64,000 nt of DNA. It comes from an uncultured Fibrobacteraceae bacterium. GTDB lineage: Bacteria > Krumholzibacteriota > Krumholzibacteriia > LZORAL124-64-63. Below the pieces are notes generated by a model, which was not told where the DNA came from, did no database searches, and saw nothing but the letters and a program-made list of their open reading frames with translations. The stretch spans positions 618-64,617 of the forward strand of contig CAZGEC010000023.1 of NCBI GenBank assembly GCA_964524645.1, in the 5' to 3' direction. Below, piece by piece: positions 31,376 to 40,501 of this stretch. A program made the position numbers and the translations under genes. Position 1 is the first letter of the stretch. The number at the start of each line of letters is the position of its first letter.

Positions 31376-32317
31376 ATGTTCGTCACCGAGCACCTCGCCA
31401 GGGCCAAGGGTCCGCTCTACAGCTACGAGATCATCCCCCCGCCCCGGGGCAAGAGCGCGCAGGACATCATCCGCATCGTGGAGCAGGTCCTGCCCTTCGA
31501 CCCGCCCTTCATCGACGTCACCAGCCATCCGGCCGAGGCCTACTACGACGAGCTGGAGGACGGCAGCATCCTGCGGCGCGTGCGACGCAAGCGGCCGGGG
31601 ACCATCAGCATCTGCGGCATCATCCAGAACCGCTACGGCATCGACACTGTGCCCCACCTGCTCTGCCGCGGCTTCACCCGCGAGGAGACCGAGGACGCGA
31701 TGATCGAGCTGAACTTCCTCGGCATCCACAACGTGCTGGCCATCCGCGGCGACGAGCCCAACTACAAGAAGCAGATCGCCCGGCACCGCTCCGTGAACGT
31801 CTACGCCAACGAGCTGGTGGCCCAGCTGAACGATCTCAAGCGCGGCCGCTACCTCGAGGACATCGCCAACAGCGAACCCATCGACATGTGCATCGGGGTG
31901 GGAGGCTATCCCGAGAAGCACGTCGAATCTCCCAACCGCAAGCAGGACATCGGCTTCCTGAAGCAGAAGGTGAAAGCGGGAGCCGATTACATCGTCACCC
32001 AGATGTTCTTCGACAACGCGGATTTCTTCAGCTTCGTCAGGGATTGCCGCGCCGCCGGCATCGAGGTGCCCATCCTGCCCGGCCTGAAGGTGCTGAACAG
32101 CGTGCGCCAGCTCACCAGCCTGCCCAAGCACTTCCATGTCAGCATTCCGGAACCCCTGGTGGACGAGGTCATGGCCAATCCCGGCCATATCAAGGAGATC
32201 GGCGTCCGCTGGGCCGTGCAGCAGTGTGCGGAGCTGCTGAATGACGCCGCTCCCTGCCTCCACTTCTACGTCATGAACGACGCCGCGGCGGTCACCAGCG
32301 TCATCGAGAAGCTCTGA
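31376..32317 (+). CDS. metF: Methylenetetrahydrofolate reductase (Bacteroidota-like form)
   Basis: SYEIIPP, VPHLLCRG, LAIRGD, GYPEKH, TQMFFDN, LHFYVMN. Confidence 0.92.
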   Translation: MFVTEHLARAKGPLYSYEIIPPPRGKSAQDIIRIVEQVLPFDPPFIDVTSHPAEAYYDELEDGSILRRVRRKRPGTISICGIIQNRYGIDTVPHLLCRGFTREETEDAMIELNFLGIHNVLAIRGDEPNYKKQIARHRSVNVYANELVAQLNDLKRGRYLEDIANSEPIDMCIGVGGYPEKHVESPNRKQDIGFLKQKVKAGADYIVTQMFFDNADFFSFVRDCRAAGIEVPILPGLKVLNSVRQLTSLPKHFHVSIPEPLVDEVMANPGHIKEIGVRWAVQQCAELLNDAAPCLHFYVMNDAAAVTSVIEKL

Positions 32318-32407
32318 AGGGCGCCGCCTCGCCGTTCCTGCCTCCGCGCCCCCTGTCCTCGCCTCCCGTGCCTGGTGGCCCGGCATGAGCCCCCGGGGCG
32401 GTGTGTT

Positions 32408-32467
32408 TTGCCCCACCGCGCCTCATTATTTATTATAAAAAAGCTCAATTATTGCGTGATGTGGCCG
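32408..32467 (+). promoter_or_regulatory. Promoter (TTGCCC-17-TATTAT) with an overlapping AT-rich operator shared with the ric promoter
   Basis: TATAAAAAAGCTCAATTAT (32434..32452) vs TATAAAAAGGTCCAATTAT (48734..48752), 16/19 identical. Confidence 0.6.
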
Positions 32468-32584
32468 ATACTACCCATGACGCGGCAAATTCTGACCCCC
32501 CCGGCCGTTTTGACCGCGGATGCACACAGCCGGCTCCGGGCCTCGCCCGGACCGCGCGACCGGCCCGAGAAGGAGCGTTCCCCC

Positions 32585-33010
32585 ATGCCCGGCATTCAGT
32601 GGACAGACGAGTACAGCGTGGGCGAGCCCTTGATGGACAGCCAGCATCAGAAGTGGATCGGGTACGTCGACGAGCTGGAACGAGCGATCCAGGACCAGCG
32701 CAACCGTCAGGAGCAGGAGGAGATCCTGGACAACCTGGTGATCTACATGCGCTACCACTTCGCCTCCGAGGAGCGGATGATGCGGCGCCTGGGTTTTGAG
32801 GAGCTGGAGGATCACAGCCAGGTCCATGCCCGCATGGCGCGCCAGGTGCGCGAGATGCAGGCCGAAATCCTGGCGGGAACCCGCGAGCTGTCCGACGAGC
32901 TGCTCGAGACCCTGAAGTCCTGGCTCGTGGAGCACATCATGCGCGACGACCAGCAGTATGCGGCCCTGATCGCCCACTACGCCGAGCGGGAAAAGTTGTT
33001 GACCTGCTGA
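32585..33010 (+). CDS. Bacteriohemerythrin
   Basis: W...YSVG...DSQH, HFASEE, H...H, WLVEHIMRDD. Confidence 0.9.
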   Translation: MPGIQWTDEYSVGEPLMDSQHQKWIGYVDELERAIQDQRNRQEQEEILDNLVIYMRYHFASEERMMRRLGFEELEDHSQVHARMARQVREMQAEILAGTRELSDELLETLKSWLVEHIMRDDQQYAALIAHYAEREKLLTC

Positions 33011-33075
33011 CCGTCGAGATCGTCCCCTGGTGGGTGCTCCCGTCACCCGTTCACCGCCGACCAGGGGTGCTCGCC

Positions 33076-34212
33076 ATGTTCCGCCGTCGTCTTGCCTTCT
33101 TGCCGGCCGCCGGGCTCGCCCTGGCCGCTGCTCTCGCCGCCCTCACACCCGTCGCCGCACGCGCCGAGGTGACCTTGGGGGGGGATGTCCTCGACGCCGC
33201 GGTCGCGGCGCGCTTCGCGGAGCTGGCCCTGGCTTGCGTCGGGCGGGAGTACCCCAACAAGATCGCGCATGTCCTGCAGAGCGACGCCGACGTGGCCGCG
33301 CCGCGCGAGCTGACCCCGGCCTTCTGCGGGTGCTTCGACTGGCACTCGGCCGTGCACGGCCACTGGATGCTGGTGCGCCTGGCGCGCTGGTTTCCCGGGG
33401 AACCGTTCGCCGCGACGGCCCGGGCGGTCCTGAGCCGCAACCTGACGGAAGAGAAGATCGTCCGCGAGCTGGCGTACCTGCAGGGGGAGGATCGCGCCGA
33501 TTTCGAGCGGCCCTACGGCCTGGCCTGGCTGCTGCAGCTGTGCGCCGAGCTGCGGGAATGGCAGGAAGATCCGGACGCGCGGCTCTGGCTCGCGGCGCTC
33601 GCGCCCCTGGAGGCCGAGGCGGCCGCGCGTCTCGCGGACTGGCTGCCCAAGCTGCTCCATCCCATCCGCACGGGCGAGCACAGCCAGACCGCCTTCGCCC
33701 TGGGTCTGGCCCTGGACTGGGCCCGCAGGGCGGGCGACGACAGCCTGGCTGTCCTCATCGAGCAGCGGGCCATCGACTACCACATGGGCGATCGGAACGG
33801 CCCTCTCGCCTACGAGCCCTCGGGTCAGGATTTCCTCTCCCCCTGCCTGGCCGAGGCCGACCTGATGCGCCGAATCCTCGGGCCCACACGGTTCGCCATC
33901 TGGCTGCGGGGATTTCTGCCCCGGATCCCCGACAAGGACACCGGAGACTGGCTCCCGCTGGCCGAGGTCGTCGATCACACCGATGGCAAGCTGGTGCACC
34001 TGGACGGCCTGAACCTGAGCCGGGCCTGGATGCTCGAGGGGATCGCGGCCGGTCTGCCGCCGGACGACCCGCGACGTGCGACCCTGCTGGCCGCCGCGGC
34101 CCGACACCGCCGGGCGGGCCTGGCCGCCGTCACCGGCGAGCACTACGCCGGCGGCCACTGGCTCGCCAGCTTCGCGACCTATCTCGTCACCGGCCGGGGG
34201 CTTCCGCACTAG
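33076..34212 (+). CDS. DUF2891 family secreted protein
   Basis: Signal peptide; PAFCGCFDWHSAVHGHW, FERPYG.AW, HLDGLNLSRAW, YAGGHWLASF. Confidence 0.85.
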   Translation: MFRRRLAFLPAAGLALAAALAALTPVAARAEVTLGGDVLDAAVAARFAELALACVGREYPNKIAHVLQSDADVAAPRELTPAFCGCFDWHSAVHGHWMLVRLARWFPGEPFAATARAVLSRNLTEEKIVRELAYLQGEDRADFERPYGLAWLLQLCAELREWQEDPDARLWLAALAPLEAEAAARLADWLPKLLHPIRTGEHSQTAFALGLALDWARRAGDDSLAVLIEQRAIDYHMGDRNGPLAYEPSGQDFLSPCLAEADLMRRILGPTRFAIWLRGFLPRIPDKDTGDWLPLAEVVDHTDGKLVHLDGLNLSRAWMLEGIAAGLPPDDPRRATLLAAAARHRRAGLAAVTGEHYAGGHWLASFATYLVTGRGLPH

Positions 34213-34273
34213 CCCGAATTCCGTCGCGCCAGGCTCAGGTTTTCCGGAGAACAGCCGATCCTCTGACGAGGTG

Positions 34274-34297
34274 GGGGTGGTGCCGCGACACCACCCC
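34274..34297 (+). terminator. 9 bp-stem hairpin after the DUF2891 gene
   Basis: GGGGTGGTG-ccgcga-CACCACCCC; no clear U tract. Confidence 0.35.
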
Positions 34298-34334
34298 GCG
34301 CAGCTCTTTGCCGGGCCTGGAACGGTGGGACGTC

Positions 34335-36284
34335 ATGACGGATGCAGAGTCCACGAACCTGACCACGGATGCCGAGGCGACCGTCGTCGATCCGCAGGCG
34401 GTGGCCGATCTCATGCTGGCCCTCGAGAGGGTCTTCAAGATCGGCGTGTACTATCCGGCCGGACACATCCTCTGCGACCAGGCCGCCGACCACTTTCTGC
34501 GCGCTCTCACCCGGGTCGTCGGCAAGTCCCGCGTCCTGCGGTTCGAATATCTCCGCGGAGTCCTGTCCGTGCAGGGGCTCGAGCTGGAGGTCGGGCTGCG
34601 CGGCGTGCGAAACTTCCAGGATCTGCTCAACGAGCTGGGCGTGTCCGGGGTGGAGATCGACAGCGACGTCAACGCGGCCGACCTGCACACCTTCGTGAGC
34701 AAGCTGCTGGCCTACCGCAACCAGGTCAAGGGCGCCCGCAACTTCCAGCAGATCGTCGTCGAGGGCATGCCGCCGACGATCCGCGTCCAGCATCTCGAGT
34801 TCCTGACCCGCGAGACACCCGAGTCGGAGAGCGACGAGGAAGCGGATCCTTCGCGACCCACCATCGATATCCTGCTGACCGCGCTGGCGAAGCACGGGCT
34901 CAGCAAGGAACAGATCGCCCTGTGCCGGAGGCTCCTCGAGGCGATCCCGTCGCTCCTGAAGGAACGGCATCAGGCGGGAGCCGCCCTGCCCTTCGTGACC
35001 TGGTCGGACGTGGAGAAGCTGCTCCTGCAGGCCGTGCAGCCCGATTCCGGCGCCGCGCACGGCGAGCGGGCCGGGAGGCCCGGCACGCACCTGAACCTGG
35101 ATGCCCTCGCCGCCATCTTCACCGCCCTGGGCCAGGAGGCCGACGCGGACAACCCCCGGCACGCGATCGATCTGCTGGTGTCCCTGAGCCAGCGGAAGCC
35201 GGTCAGCTCGGCGGCCGAACCCCCTCCCGCGAAGGAGGCGCCGCCGCGCGCGAGCGGCGGCGACCGTCCCGAGATGCCGCTGGCAGATCTGCAGGCGGCC
35301 CTGGCGGCGAATGCCCGGCTGGCCACGGGCCCGCCCAACCTGGATGGCGACGATCGCTGCGAGGAGCTCTCGATCCTCATGCAGATGCTCACCCACGACC
35401 AGAAGCTCCCGGTGCAGGTCAGGATCCAGAACCTGATCCGCGACGTGCTGTCGTCGCCGCTCGCGGAGGCCGAGTGGCGCATCGCGGTGGAGGGTGTGCG
35501 CCAGCTGATGGAAGTGGAGGAGAGCGAGCGCCTGGCCGGCGCCGTGGTGATGATGACCGACGCCCTCCGCAGATCCGAGCACAACTCGACCCTGGTCTTC
35601 CTGCAGGATGTCTGCGAGGGCCGTTCACGCCGGCAGCTCGCGGCCATCTGGCCCTTCGTGGTCAACGAGATCCTGCTGACCGGAGGACAGAAGGAGCCCG
35701 AAGTGTTCCGGAGGCTCTGCGACCTGGCGGCGGAGCTGCCCGCGGCGGACATGCAGCAGGGTCTGTCCCAGCTCGAGCACCTGGAGGCACTGCGGGACAA
35801 GCACTTCGCCGCGGACATCTTCGCCCCGCCGCCGCCGCCCCTCTGTCCGGTCGCCGCGCTGCTGCTGAACTCGCAGCAGGCTCCGATGGTCGGGGAGCGC
35901 CTGCTGCGCGGCCTGCAGCGCAAGCCGCTCAACTGGCTCAGCGAAGCCGTCGTTCCGCTGCTGGGCGGCTACCAGCAGCGGCATCGCCGCTTCCTGAGCG
36001 AGCTGCTCAAGCAGGCCGATCGGCAGCAGTTCACGCCGGCCCTGACGACGAGCGCCGGGCGGATCCTCGCCGAGTCCCTGCCGGAACTGCCCGGCAAGGA
36101 GCGGCGTGAGCCCTGGGTGCCGGCGGCAATCCGGGCCGTGGGCAAGCTGCCGGTCTCGAACGCCGAGGCCACCCTGCGCGAGATCGCTTACGGAAGGCGT
36201 TTCCTGATCCTCTACCGCTGGCCGCCGGCGTGCCGTACCGCGGCCCGCGAGACGCTGGCCGAGCTGCGGGAGCGTGCCTCGTAG
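34335..36284 (+). CDS. Hypothetical 649 aa, largely helical protein, partner of the downstream HD-GYP gene
   Basis: Strong coding bias from ATG 34335; N-terminal Y-P-x-G-H domain; Leu-rich helical C-terminus. The upstream part of ORF 33030..36284 is an out-of-frame overlap with DUF2891. Confidence 0.75.
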   Translation: MTDAESTNLTTDAEATVVDPQAVADLMLALERVFKIGVYYPAGHILCDQAADHFLRALTRVVGKSRVLRFEYLRGVLSVQGLELEVGLRGVRNFQDLLNELGVSGVEIDSDVNAADLHTFVSKLLAYRNQVKGARNFQQIVVEGMPPTIRVQHLEFLTRETPESESDEEADPSRPTIDILLTALAKHGLSKEQIALCRRLLEAIPSLLKERHQAGAALPFVTWSDVEKLLLQAVQPDSGAAHGERAGRPGTHLNLDALAAIFTALGQEADADNPRHAIDLLVSLSQRKPVSSAAEPPPAKEAPPRASGGDRPEMPLADLQAALAANARLATGPPNLDGDDRCEELSILMQMLTHDQKLPVQVRIQNLIRDVLSSPLAEAEWRIAVEGVRQLMEVEESERLAGAVVMMTDALRRSEHNSTLVFLQDVCEGRSRRQLAAIWPFVVNEILLTGGQKEPEVFRRLCDLAAELPAADMQQGLSQLEHLEALRDKHFAADIFAPPPPPLCPVAALLLNSQQAPMVGERLLRGLQRKPLNWLSEAVVPLLGGYQQRHRRFLSELLKQADRQQFTPALTTSAGRILAESLPELPGKERREPWVPAAIRAVGKLPVSNAEATLREIAYGRRFLILYRWPPACRTAARETLAELRERAS

Positions 36285-36314
36285 GCCGCCGCCGGGCCAA
36301 GGAGCGGATGTTTC

Positions 36315-37697
36315 ATGAAGAACGACCTCGATCGCCTCGTGATCCTCCTGAGCAGCGGCATCGCCCAGCGGAAGCTCTACTTCGCCGAGCATCCCAAGGT
36401 GCGCGCGATCGGCCAGGAATTCGCCACGAAGCTCCGCAACTTTCTCAAGGAGGAGGACCAGGAGACCCTCTTCATCGGGATCGTGGACAGCAAGCTGGTC
36501 TACAACGGGCGCTACCTCGTGGGGCCCAGCATCGCAGGGGGGCAGCTGGTGGAGTTCGCCCGGATCCTGCATTGCGGGGGATTCTCCTTCAGCAAGCGCA
36601 CGACCGGCGAGGAGACCCAGGAATTGCTCGGGCTGGCTTCCGAGCAGCGGGATCCCACCAGCAGCCTGGCCGAGGCGCGCATGCTGCTGGCCTCCCGCGG
36701 CATCGTGAACATCGAGATCGCTTCTCATTACAGCAGCCCGTCCTCGCTCACCACCGACGAGGAGCAGATCGCCTGGCAGGGCAAGGACACGGGGGGCACC
36801 TACCTGCAGTCCCCCCTGCTGGTCTACCAGGCGCTCTACGACGTGGTGACGGCCGCCCATGGCAGCGCCGCGCTCAATCACGCCCTCGACATCGACGGCG
36901 CCCGCTCGGTCAGCGAGTACCTGCTCCACAGCACCCGGGCCAGCTTCACGGACATGATGCAGCTCATGCACTACCCCGATTGCGACAGCTACACCGTGGG
37001 TCACTCCGTCCGGGTGGCGACGCTCGCGGTCTTCCTCGGCGACAGCCTGGGGTTGGCGGACGAGCAGCTCCTCGAGCTGGGCGCGGCCGGCCTCCTGCAC
37101 GACGTGGGCAAGAGCAAGATCCCCGACGAGATCTTGTTCAAGCCCGGCCGGCTGGACGCCGAGGAGTTCCGGATCATCAAGTCCCATGCCCGTCTGGGTG
37201 CGGAGATCCTGCTCGAGCACCGGAACGTGTCGCCCATGGACGTCGCCGCCGCCTGGGGACATCATCTCCGCCACGACGGCGGCGGGTATCCCGAGAAGCC
37301 GCCCTGGGCGGTGCGCAACCAGGTGACGTCCCTGCTGCAGATCTGTGACGTCTTCGAGGCCCTCACGGCCATCCGGCCCTACAAGGCCCCCATGACCCCG
37401 CGGTCCGCCTACGAGATCATGCTCAACGACAAGGGGGCCTTCGAGCCCGCCCTGCTCGACGCCTTCGTGAATGCGCTGGGTCTCTACCCGCCGGGGAATC
37501 ACGTGCGCCTGACGGACGGCTCCCACGGCACCGTCATCGCCGCCCGCCCGGACATCGACAGACCGCAGGTGCGCATCACGCACGACGCGTCCGGACAGTT
37601 CCTCCCGGAGCCGCGCATCGTGGATCTCTCGCGGCGCGAGGATCCGGGTCTGGCCATCAGCGAGCTGATCCTGGATCTGGACGCCTCCCTCGCCTGA
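36315..37697 (+). CDS. HD-GYP domain protein with an N-terminal accessory domain
   Basis: GHSVRV, LLHDVGK, HHLRHDGGGYP, DVFEALT..RPYK. Confidence 0.88.
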   Translation: MKNDLDRLVILLSSGIAQRKLYFAEHPKVRAIGQEFATKLRNFLKEEDQETLFIGIVDSKLVYNGRYLVGPSIAGGQLVEFARILHCGGFSFSKRTTGEETQELLGLASEQRDPTSSLAEARMLLASRGIVNIEIASHYSSPSSLTTDEEQIAWQGKDTGGTYLQSPLLVYQALYDVVTAAHGSAALNHALDIDGARSVSEYLLHSTRASFTDMMQLMHYPDCDSYTVGHSVRVATLAVFLGDSLGLADEQLLELGAAGLLHDVGKSKIPDEILFKPGRLDAEEFRIIKSHARLGAEILLEHRNVSPMDVAAAWGHHLRHDGGGYPEKPPWAVRNQVTSLLQICDVFEALTAIRPYKAPMTPRSAYEIMLNDKGAFEPALLDAFVNALGLYPPGNHVRLTDGSHGTVIAARPDIDRPQVRITHDASGQFLPEPRIVDLSRREDPGLAISELILDLDASLA

Positions 37698-37868
37698 CAG
37701 GCCCCGGGACCCCGGCGGCTGGACTATTTCTGCACTTTCATTATCATTGCCCGGTTGCGTTCTGCCGGCGGGATGGCGGCCTCCTGAAGCGAATGCGATG
37801 GTGGGGGCGCCGAATCCTGCCTAGAATGGCTTACAGGCCCCCGATCCCTTGCAGCGAGGAGAGTTTCC

Positions 37869-39380
37869 ATGCCGTCAGCCGCCCCCGGGGGCCACCAGCG
37901 CCTGCTCCTGACGTGGCTGCTGGCCGGGACCGTGGCTGCGCTCCTGATTCTGGCGCTGCTGGGCGGCTGCACGGTGCTGGAGCGCCGGGCGGTCGCCTCC
38001 CGAACCCCCGCCGATCCCGCCACCCCCTGGCATCCCGCCGCCGGTGCCCTGCCGCCGGCCGAGACGCCGGCTGCGCCGGCGACGATCCCGCCGGAGCTGC
38101 TCGCCAGGGCCAAGGAGCTGACGCTCGAGGACATCGTGGACCTGGCCCTGCGCAACAATCCGGAGACGCGGGAGACCTGGGCCGCCGCGCTCGCCGCCGC
38201 GGCGGGCCTCGGCAGCCAGCAGGGCGCGTACTTTCCGCAGATCGACGCCGCGGCCAACTACTCCCGGAGCGAGAACTCCTTTTCCGAGCAGTTCACGGTC
38301 AAGCAGAAGACCTACACCCCTTCACTGACGCTCAACTACATCTTGTTCGACTTCGGCAAGCGCAGCGGGGACGTCGAGGAGGCCCGCCAGGCGCTCTACC
38401 AGGCCAACTGGTCGCACAACGCGATGATCCAGACGGTGATCCTGCAGGTGGAGACCACCTACTACCAGTACCTGCAGGCCAAGGCGCTGCGCGACGCGGA
38501 CGCGGAGGCCGTGAAGGAAGCCGAGGCCAACCTCGAGGCCGCGAAGGTGCGGCGGCAGGCCGGTCTGGCGACCGTCGCCGACGAGCTGCAGGCCCGCAGC
38601 AATCTCGCCCAGCAGCAGCTCGCGCTACAGACGGTCGAGGGGCAGATCCAGACGACCCGGGGATCGCTCGCCACGGCGATGGGCCTTTCTCCCACGATCG
38701 ACTACGACGTCGGCCTCCTGCCCAGCAACCTGCCGACGGGCGAGGTGTCCGCGGTCGTGGACGATCTGATCCGGAAGGCCCAGATCTACAGACCGGACCT
38801 GGCGGCCTCGCGCGCGGCCGTACTCGCGGCCCGGGCGCATGTCAAGTCGGTCAAGGCCGAGGGCTTTCCGCAGGTGTCGGTCCAGGGCAGCGTCTCGCGG
38901 CGGTACTACGACAATCCCAACAAGTACAGCGACAACTACCTGGCCGGGATCTTCCTCAGCTGGCCCCTGTTCACCGGCTTCGCTCATCCCTACGACGTGC
39001 TTCAGGCCGAGGCCCAGGTTGCTCTCGCGCAGCAGCAATACGAGATGCTGCGGAGCTCGGTCGAGCTGGATGTCTGGACCAGCTACTACGACCTGAAGAC
39101 GGCCGCCGAACGCCTGACGACGGCCCGGGAGTTCCTGGACTACGCCAGCGAATCCCACACCGTGACCCTGGAAAGCTACCAGAGCGGCGTGAACTCGATC
39201 CTCGATCTGCTGGCGGCACAGACGACCCTCGAGGAGGCCCGTTCCCAGGAAGTGCAGGCGCGCACGGACTGGTTCCTGGCCCTGGCCCAGCTGGCCCATG
39301 CGACGGGGCGACTCGGCAGCGCCGAACCGCAGCCGACAACGACGCCGCCGGCGGTGCCGGCGAAGGATGGTGGACGATGA
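37869..39380 (+). CDS. TolC-family outer membrane efflux protein
   Basis: Lipobox LGGC; LALRNNP, LFDFG, Y..G....DLL.AQ repeats. Confidence 0.9.
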   Translation: MPSAAPGGHQRLLLTWLLAGTVAALLILALLGGCTVLERRAVASRTPADPATPWHPAAGALPPAETPAAPATIPPELLARAKELTLEDIVDLALRNNPETRETWAAALAAAAGLGSQQGAYFPQIDAAANYSRSENSFSEQFTVKQKTYTPSLTLNYILFDFGKRSGDVEEARQALYQANWSHNAMIQTVILQVETTYYQYLQAKALRDADAEAVKEAEANLEAAKVRRQAGLATVADELQARSNLAQQQLALQTVEGQIQTTRGSLATAMGLSPTIDYDVGLLPSNLPTGEVSAVVDDLIRKAQIYRPDLAASRAAVLAARAHVKSVKAEGFPQVSVQGSVSRRYYDNPNKYSDNYLAGIFLSWPLFTGFAHPYDVLQAEAQVALAQQQYEMLRSSVELDVWTSYYDLKTAAERLTTAREFLDYASESHTVTLESYQSGVNSILDLLAAQTTLEEARSQEVQARTDWFLALAQLAHATGRLGSAEPQPTTTPPAVPAKDGGR

Positions 39381-40501
39381 ACTGTCGAGGCGCGAGCGGG
39401 CTCGCCCCGCTGATCTGCGCCGCTCTGCTGGCGGGGTGTGAAGGGCACAAGGGGACGCTGCAGCAGCCGCCCGTGCCTGTCGTCGTGGCCGAAGCGATCA
39501 CCAAGACCCTGCCCTTCGAGGTCAACTCGTTCGGCAACGTCGAGGCCTACCGCACCATCTCGATCCGCTCCCAGGTCGGCGGGATTCTCAGCCGGATCCA
39601 GTTCACCGAGGGCCAGCTCGTCAAGCAGGGAGATCCCCTCCTGCTCATCGATCCCGCGCCGTATCAGGCCGCCCTGGCGCAGGCCAGGGCGATCCTGGCC
39701 CGGGACCAGGCCACGGCCGCCAACATGGCCGAAAGCGTGAAGCGCTACGCGCAGCTCGCCCAGAAGGACTACATCGCGGCGCAGGATCACGCCAACATGC
39801 TGGCCCAGCTCAAGTCGAACGACGCGACGGTTCGTGCCGATGAGGCCAACGTCGAGACCGCGCAGCTGAACCTGCAGTACTGCCACATCACCGCGCCCAT
39901 CAATGGGCGGCTGGGCGCCCGCCTCGTCGACGAGGGTAACGTGATCAAGGCAAACTCGGACAATCCGCTCGCGGTCATCAACCAGATTCAACCCATCTAC
40001 GTCAGTTTCACGGTCTCGGAGCAGCACCTTCCCGAGCTGCTGCGGCAGTTCGGCAACCGGGAGCTCGCGGTGCGGGCCAACGCTCCCGAGGAAGCGCCGG
40101 GAACGCACGTGGGCCGGCTCACCTTCGTCGACAACGCGGTGGACACCTCGACGGGGACGATCCTGCTCAAGGCCGAGTTCGCGAACGAGGATGCCTCGCT
40201 GTGGCCCGGCGAGTTCGTGAAGGTGGTGCTGGTGCTCAAGGAACTGGAGAACGCCGTGGTCATCCCGTCCCAGGCGATCGAGACGGGCCAGAAGGGCGAT
40301 TACCTCTTCGCCGTCAAGCCGGACAGCACGGTCGAGGTGCGCACGGTGACGGTGATCTACCGGCTCGGCAACGAGGCCGTCATCGGGTCCGGGGTCCAGC
40401 CGGGGGACAAGATCGTGATCGACGGCCAGCTCCGCCTGCGCCCGGGATCGCAGGTCGTCGAGAAGCCGCCGGTGAGCGCGGCCGAGGCGAACGCGTCATG
40501 A
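39377..40501 (+). CDS. RND efflux periplasmic adaptor subunit (MdtA-like)
   Basis: Lipobox LAGC; EGQ.VK.GD.L, ITAPINGR.G, LWPG.FV. Confidence 0.92.
   Translation: MNCRGASGLAPLICAALLAGCEGHKGTLQQPPVPVVVAEAITKTLPFEVNSFGNVEAYRTISIRSQVGGILSRIQFTEGQLVKQGDPLLLIDPAPYQAALAQARAILARDQATAANMAESVKRYAQLAQKDYIAAQDHANMLAQLKSNDATVRADEANVETAQLNLQYCHITAPINGRLGARLVDEGNVIKANSDNPLAVINQIQPIYVSFTVSEQHLPELLRQFGNRELAVRANAPEEAPGTHVGRLTFVDNAVDTSTGTILLKAEFANEDASLWPGEFVKVVLVLKELENAVVIPSQAIETGQKGDYLFAVKPDSTVEVRTVTVIYRLGNEAVIGSGVQPGDKIVIDGQLRLRPGSQVVEKPPVSAAEANAS

Noticed and set aside
34229-34236. CCAGGCTC, a fragment of the SAH riboswitch consensus
   Set aside because: The upstream GAGGAGCG-TGC element is absent and the downstream gene is not in SAH metabolism
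33030-34334. N-terminal 435 codons of the 1084 aa ORF (likewise the N-terminal extensions of ORFs 1037..2896, 5122..6789, 37793..40501, 40201..43602, 43599..44264 and 43817..44926)
   Set aside because: Out-of-frame read-through across neighbouring genes; the true starts lie downstream, several with clear RBSs
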